Shown: positions 61,544-64,000 of the stretch, piece by piece | How positions within the stretch are numbered: position 1 is the first letter of the stretch | Layout of the letters: every line of letters begins with the position of its first letter | From: an uncultured Actinomycetes bacterium | Lineage (GTDB): Bacteria > Actinomycetota > Actinomycetes > Nanopelagicales > Nanopelagicaceae | Direction of reading: 5' to 3' | Length of the DNA stretch: 64,000 bases | Assembly: GCA_903842675.1 (NCBI GenBank) | Contig: CAIMMQ010000017.1 | Coordinates: 4,442 to 68,441, forward strand | The notes under the pieces: model-generated | Databases searched by the model: none | Seen by the model: the letters and a program-made list of their open reading frames with translations, nothing else | Told to the model about the DNA's origin: nothing | Made by a program: the position numbers and the translations under genes

Positions 61544-62229
61544 TGACCCTGATCATGGTTGTCGATGACGACCAAGATCTTGCCGAGATGCTCGGTATTG
61601 TTTTAACGGGCGATGGCTATCAAGTAGACCTAGTAAACCGCGGAGATGAAGTCATGTCCGCATTCGCTTTGCAAAATCCGGATTTAGTGCTGCTCGATGT
61701 CATGTTGCCAGGTATGGATGGCGTTGAAGTTTGTAAATTGATTCGGACAGTTTCTATGGTCCCAATTGTAATGCTCACCGCGAAGGGCGATACGCAAGAT
61801 GTAGTTGCCGGGCTTGAAGCTGGTGCAGATGACTACATGGTTAAACCATTTAATTCATCTGAACTTTTAGCCAGGCTCAAAGTTCGTCTGCGCAGGACAG
61901 GTGTTGAAACAACCACTGGTCTTAGCATTGGAAATATCAAGATTGATCAGATTGCGCATTCAATAATTCGAGATGGCCAAAATATTCCATTGACTCGCTT
62001 GGAATTCGATTTATTAGTGGCACTTGCTAAGGAGCCAGGTCGCGTATTTAGTCGAGAGGCGCTTCTGAGCGAAGTTTGGGGATATCGACCAGCTACTGAC
62101 ACAAGATTGGTTAACGTTCACATTCAACGCTTACGTTCCAAAGTCGAACGCGATGCCGAAAATCCTGAAATTATTCTAACCGTGCGCGGCGTTGGATATA
62201 AGGCTGGTGTTCTAGGCAGTTCAGAGTGA
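61543..62229 (+). CDS. mtrA: Response regulator MtrA (OmpR family)
   Basis: VVDDDQDLAEMLGIVL, LLDVMLPG, WGYRPATDTRLVNVHIQRLRSKVE..PEIILTVRGVGYKAG. Confidence 0.93.
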   Translation: MTLIMVVDDDQDLAEMLGIVLTGDGYQVDLVNRGDEVMSAFALQNPDLVLLDVMLPGMDGVEVCKLIRTVSMVPIVMLTAKGDTQDVVAGLEAGADDYMVKPFNSSELLARLKVRLRRTGVETTTGLSIGNIKIDQIAHSIIRDGQNIPLTRLEFDLLVALAKEPGRVFSREALLSEVWGYRPATDTRLVNVHIQRLRSKVERDAENPEIILTVRGVGYKAGVLGSSE

Positions 62230-63788
62230 GCCCAATATTCTCTCGCTGGCGTAGTTCGCTGGTAGTTCGAGTAACTGGAACCATCGTAATAATTTCAATC
62301 CTGATCATTTCACTTCTTGGAACGATTCTTTATAACCGAATTTCAACTGGAATTTTTGACGAAAAGCTCCACATTGCCATAGCTGATGCGCAATCCACAG
62401 CCAGATCAATTCAACTCCAACTTCAATTCGCAAAATATCAAGATAAAGCCACGGTAAAAATGGTTGCCAATGAAATTTTGGCAGTGCCAGATGCAACGGA
62501 AAATAATCCGGCTCGCGAAGTGGCACTTTTCGCATTTCCAGGAGTTAAATCAACTCTAATTGCGAGTGGAACTTCAAACCTGATGTTGGACACGAGTATT
62601 CCGAAATCCTTGCGCCTAGAAACTAGAAAATCGCCAAGTACAAAGTGGGAGCGCACAACAATTCTTTATGCTGATGGGCGTACTCAAGAGGCAATCGCTG
62701 TTGGCCATCAGATAACTGTAAGTAATTTCGGCAGGTATGAGTTTTATGTTGTTTATGGCCTATCGCAGCAATCTTCTACTGTCGCACTGTTCGCTCGCTC
62801 ACTCTCACTTGCCGGCGGACTTCTTATTATTTTGATCGGCTTAGTTACTTGGTTTGTTCTTCGCAGACTTATTGGGCCGGTGCGCGATGCCGCGCGAATT
62901 GCGGAAGAATTAACTGCGGGTGACCTGGATCAGCGGATGGATGTTCGAGGAAGTGATGAAGTGGCGCGCCTGGGTTACGCGTTTAATGAAATGGCAGTTG
63001 CGCTAAAGCAACAGATTTCCAGACTCGAGAATTTATCCATGCTTCAGCAGCGATTCGTATCCGATGTTTCCCATGAACTACGAACTCCACTCACAACAAT
63101 TCGAATGGCCTCTCAAGTTATCTACAGTTCAAAAGATGGCTTTGATCCTTCGACAGCCAGAAGTGCAGAACTGCTTATTTCGCAGATCGATCGTTTCGAA
63201 TCATTACTTATAGACCTGCTTGAAGTGAGTCGATTCGATGCCGCAGCCGCAGTTATGGAGACTGATTCGATCGACCTAGTCAGTTTGGTTCGCGAATCAA
63301 TCGATTACGTTCACCCAAGCCAAGAACGAATTATCAATCTGGTTGCACCGGCTGATGAAATTATGGTTGACGTTGATAAACGCCGGATTCAGCGCATCTT
63401 GCGCAACTTGATCACAAACGCCATCGATCACCGCGAAGGTCAGCAAATTGACGTAACAATCCGTGAAAATGAAACTGTGGTTGCGATTGGTGTTAGAGAT
63501 TACGGAATTGGTTTCTCAAGCAAAGATCGAGCCTCACTATTTGATCGTTTCTGGCGCGCAGATCCAGCACGTGCCCGCACAAGAGGTGGCACGGGTCTTG
63601 GCTTATCTATCGCGATGGAAGATGCAAAACTCCACCAAGGAACTCTTGAAGCTTGGGGACAACCAAAGCGTGGTGCACATTTCGTTTTAACGCTTCCAAA
63701 ATTCGCCGGAGGCGTTGTTGATTCTCATCCGATTTCAGTAGTCCCCAGAGGCGAGCAATTAACAGAGAAAGAAATCGGCGAGCTTTAG
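62226..63788 (+). CDS. mtrB: Sensor histidine kinase MtrB
   Basis: Two TM helices, HAMP, QQRFVSDVSHELRTPLTTIRMA, FDRFWRADPARARTRGGTGLGLSI. Confidence 0.92.
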   Translation: MSPIFSRWRSSLVVRVTGTIVIISILIISLLGTILYNRISTGIFDEKLHIAIADAQSTARSIQLQLQFAKYQDKATVKMVANEILAVPDATENNPAREVALFAFPGVKSTLIASGTSNLMLDTSIPKSLRLETRKSPSTKWERTTILYADGRTQEAIAVGHQITVSNFGRYEFYVVYGLSQQSSTVALFARSLSLAGGLLIILIGLVTWFVLRRLIGPVRDAARIAEELTAGDLDQRMDVRGSDEVARLGYAFNEMAVALKQQISRLENLSMLQQRFVSDVSHELRTPLTTIRMASQVIYSSKDGFDPSTARSAELLISQIDRFESLLIDLLEVSRFDAAAAVMETDSIDLVSLVRESIDYVHPSQERIINLVAPADEIMVDVDKRRIQRILRNLITNAIDHREGQQIDVTIRENETVVAIGVRDYGIGFSSKDRASLFDRFWRADPARARTRGGTGLGLSIAMEDAKLHQGTLEAWGQPKRGAHFVLTLPKFAGGVVDSHPISVVPRGEQLTEKEIGEL

Positions 63789-63815
63789 CAAGTAAATCTT
63801 TACAATAATTGGCCG

Positions 63816-64000
63816 GTGTTAAAATTTCTTTCACCGCTAACTTCACTTATCTACTCTCAAAGATGCATTTATTGCGGCCGGATAAGAACCTACATTTGTG
63901 AATCCTGTAACTCAATTATGAGTTCGGAACCCATCAACTTTCAAAACTTGGGGACTCCCATATATGCCGGAGCACGCTATTCGCCAGAAATGACCCGGAT
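63816..64000 (+). CDS. comF: ComF family protein (5' part only)
   Basis: Hand translation MLKFLSPLTSLIYSQRCIYCGRIRTYICESC...IYAGARY; double CxxC ribbon; usual position downstream of mtrAB. Confidence 0.7.
   Translation, partial: MLKFLSPLTSLIYSQRCIYCGRIRTYICESCNSIMSSEPINFQNLGTPIYAGARYSPEMTR

Overview
A 64 kb segment of core chromosome from a moderate/low-GC actinobacterium. The gene order matches Mycobacterium and Streptomyces blocks, but the spacers are short and several proteins lack accessory domains, which suggests a streamlined freshwater acI/Nanopelagicales-like organism (inference). In order, it holds: partial rmuC, ychF, typA, adnAB, nudC, uvrD2, whiB7 with an upstream-ORF (uORF) attenuator, the Rv3196-Rv3193c-like block, tRNA-fMet, hisN-rsgA-aroA, SRAP, sigH/R-rsrA, sodN/sodX, kgd, a Tad/Flp pilus locus, prfB-ftsEX-ctpA-smpB-ssrA, a DUF222-HNH nuclease, argG, an NCS2 permease, manC-whiB2-GT2-DUF5719-DUF3499-manB-ahcY-mtrAB and the start of comF. 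No integrase, transposase, cas gene or rRNA was seen. The best novelty candidates are: (1) a catalytically dead GGDEF protein with an intact c-di-GMP I-site directly upstream of the Tad locus; (2) an unannotated ~80-nt hairpin sRNA with its own promoter, next to a DnaA-box-like array away from oriC; (3) a membrane-anchored stand-alone P1B-ATPase N-domain protein; (4) a 43-bp duplication at the tmRNA 3' end that abuts the HNH gene; (5) three PafBC-type leaderless promoters. All calls come from reading motifs by eye; no database search or computation was run.
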